Shown here: piece after piece, positions 31,576 to 32,000 of the stretch | Numbering within the stretch: position 1 is the first letter of the stretch | Layout of the letters: the number at the start of each line of letters is the position of its first letter | Assembly: GCF_000341895.1 (NCBI RefSeq) | Contig: NC_020409.1 | Location: 330,001 to 362,000, forward strand | Length of the DNA stretch: 32,000 nucleotides | Reading direction: 5' to 3' | DNA from: Pseudodesulfovibrio piezophilus C1TLV30 | GTDB taxonomy: Bacteria; Desulfobacterota; Desulfovibrionia; Desulfovibrionales; Desulfovibrionaceae | Notes under the pieces: model-generated | The model's input: only the letters and a program-made list of their open reading frames with translations | Databases searched by the model: none | Told to the model about the DNA's origin: nothing | Made by a program: the position numbers and the translations under genes

Positions 31576-32000
31576 TTACAGTATGGGGGAAAGTAATCTG
31601 GCAAAGCGAATGACGGTTTGTGAAATGATATTTTTCCGATTATATTCCAAAGTATCTGTTTCTTTACATCGAGCAAAATCAGCTTCAAACATTCCTTCAA
31701 CTTGCTGACAGAATGTTTGATTTTCAACCAACATGGTAATTTCGAAATTCAAGCGGAACGAACGATTATCAAGGTTTGCCGTTCCGATGCCCGCGATGGT
31801 GTCGTCAACGAGAAATACTTTTTGATGTAAAAAACCAGCATGATAGCGGTAAATACGAATGCCGGGGAGTCTCAAATCGTTGAGGCATGCAAACCCAGCC
31901 AGATAGACGAGAAGGTGATCTGCCTTTTGGGGAAGTATAATACGAATATCGACACCGCGCATAGCTGCCAGTTGAAGCGCTTTGGTCACGGAACTGTCCG
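31576..32000 (-). CDS. cls: cardiolipin synthase (PLD superfamily), C-terminal part; N-terminus beyond window end
   Basis: HKD motif HQKVFLVDDTIAGIGTANLDNRS. The frame stays open upstream of the track start at 31989 (a GTG read as Val) through to 32000. Confidence 0.88.
   Translation of the reverse strand, partial: DSSVTKALQLAAMRGVDIRIILPQKADHLLVYLAGFACLNDLRLPGIRIYRYHAGFLHQKVFLVDDTIAGIGTANLDNRSFRLNFEITMLVENQTFCQQVEGMFEADFARCKETDTLEYNRKNIISQTVIRFARLLSPIL

Overview
This is a densely packed chromosomal housekeeping region. I count 33 CDS (2 truncated by the window edges), mostly on the + strand, with short intergenic gaps. I see no tRNA or rRNA genes, no transposase or integrase, no CRISPR array and no obvious defence island. 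The gene content (Cys-rich Mrp/ApbC, DUF368, a second EF-G, PAS/H-NOX chemoreceptor, CrcB+DUF190, monoheme cytochrome c) and the mid-range GC suggest a Desulfovibrionales-like deltaproteobacterium; that is inference only. In order, the genes are: CBS protein (partial), pcm, DUF368, mrp, pgsA, small ORF, ftsB-like, TPR protein, lipoprotein, fbp, tsaD, trxA, trxB, bamD, a 293-aa unknown, EF-G paralogue, DUF2062, MCP, cheA, cheB, DUF190 and crcB (minus strand), CYTH, clpS, clpA, aat, cytochrome c and a 157-aa unknown (minus strand), uvrB, RCK-type K+ channel homologue, ligA, dapB, cls (partial, minus strand). I found no convincing novel multi-gene system. The most unusual signals sit in the MCP-CheA-CheB cluster: (1) the chemoreceptor ends in an H-NOX-like domain that keeps the YxSxR motif but has Tyr where the heme-ligating His is expected; (2) the CheA linker carries two tandem MshEN/T2SSE_N-like 24-residue motifs, a candidate c-di-GMP site. 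Other points worth checking: a K+ channel homologue with filter TVGFME instead of TVGYGD; a HisD-like but apparently catalytically dead 293-aa protein that starts right after a terminator and is coupled to the EF-G paralogue; an uncharacterised protein + cytochrome c operon divergent from uvrB, with a CTGT-N7-ACAG palindrome between them. All domain calls are by-eye motif recognition and remembered reference sequences, not searches.
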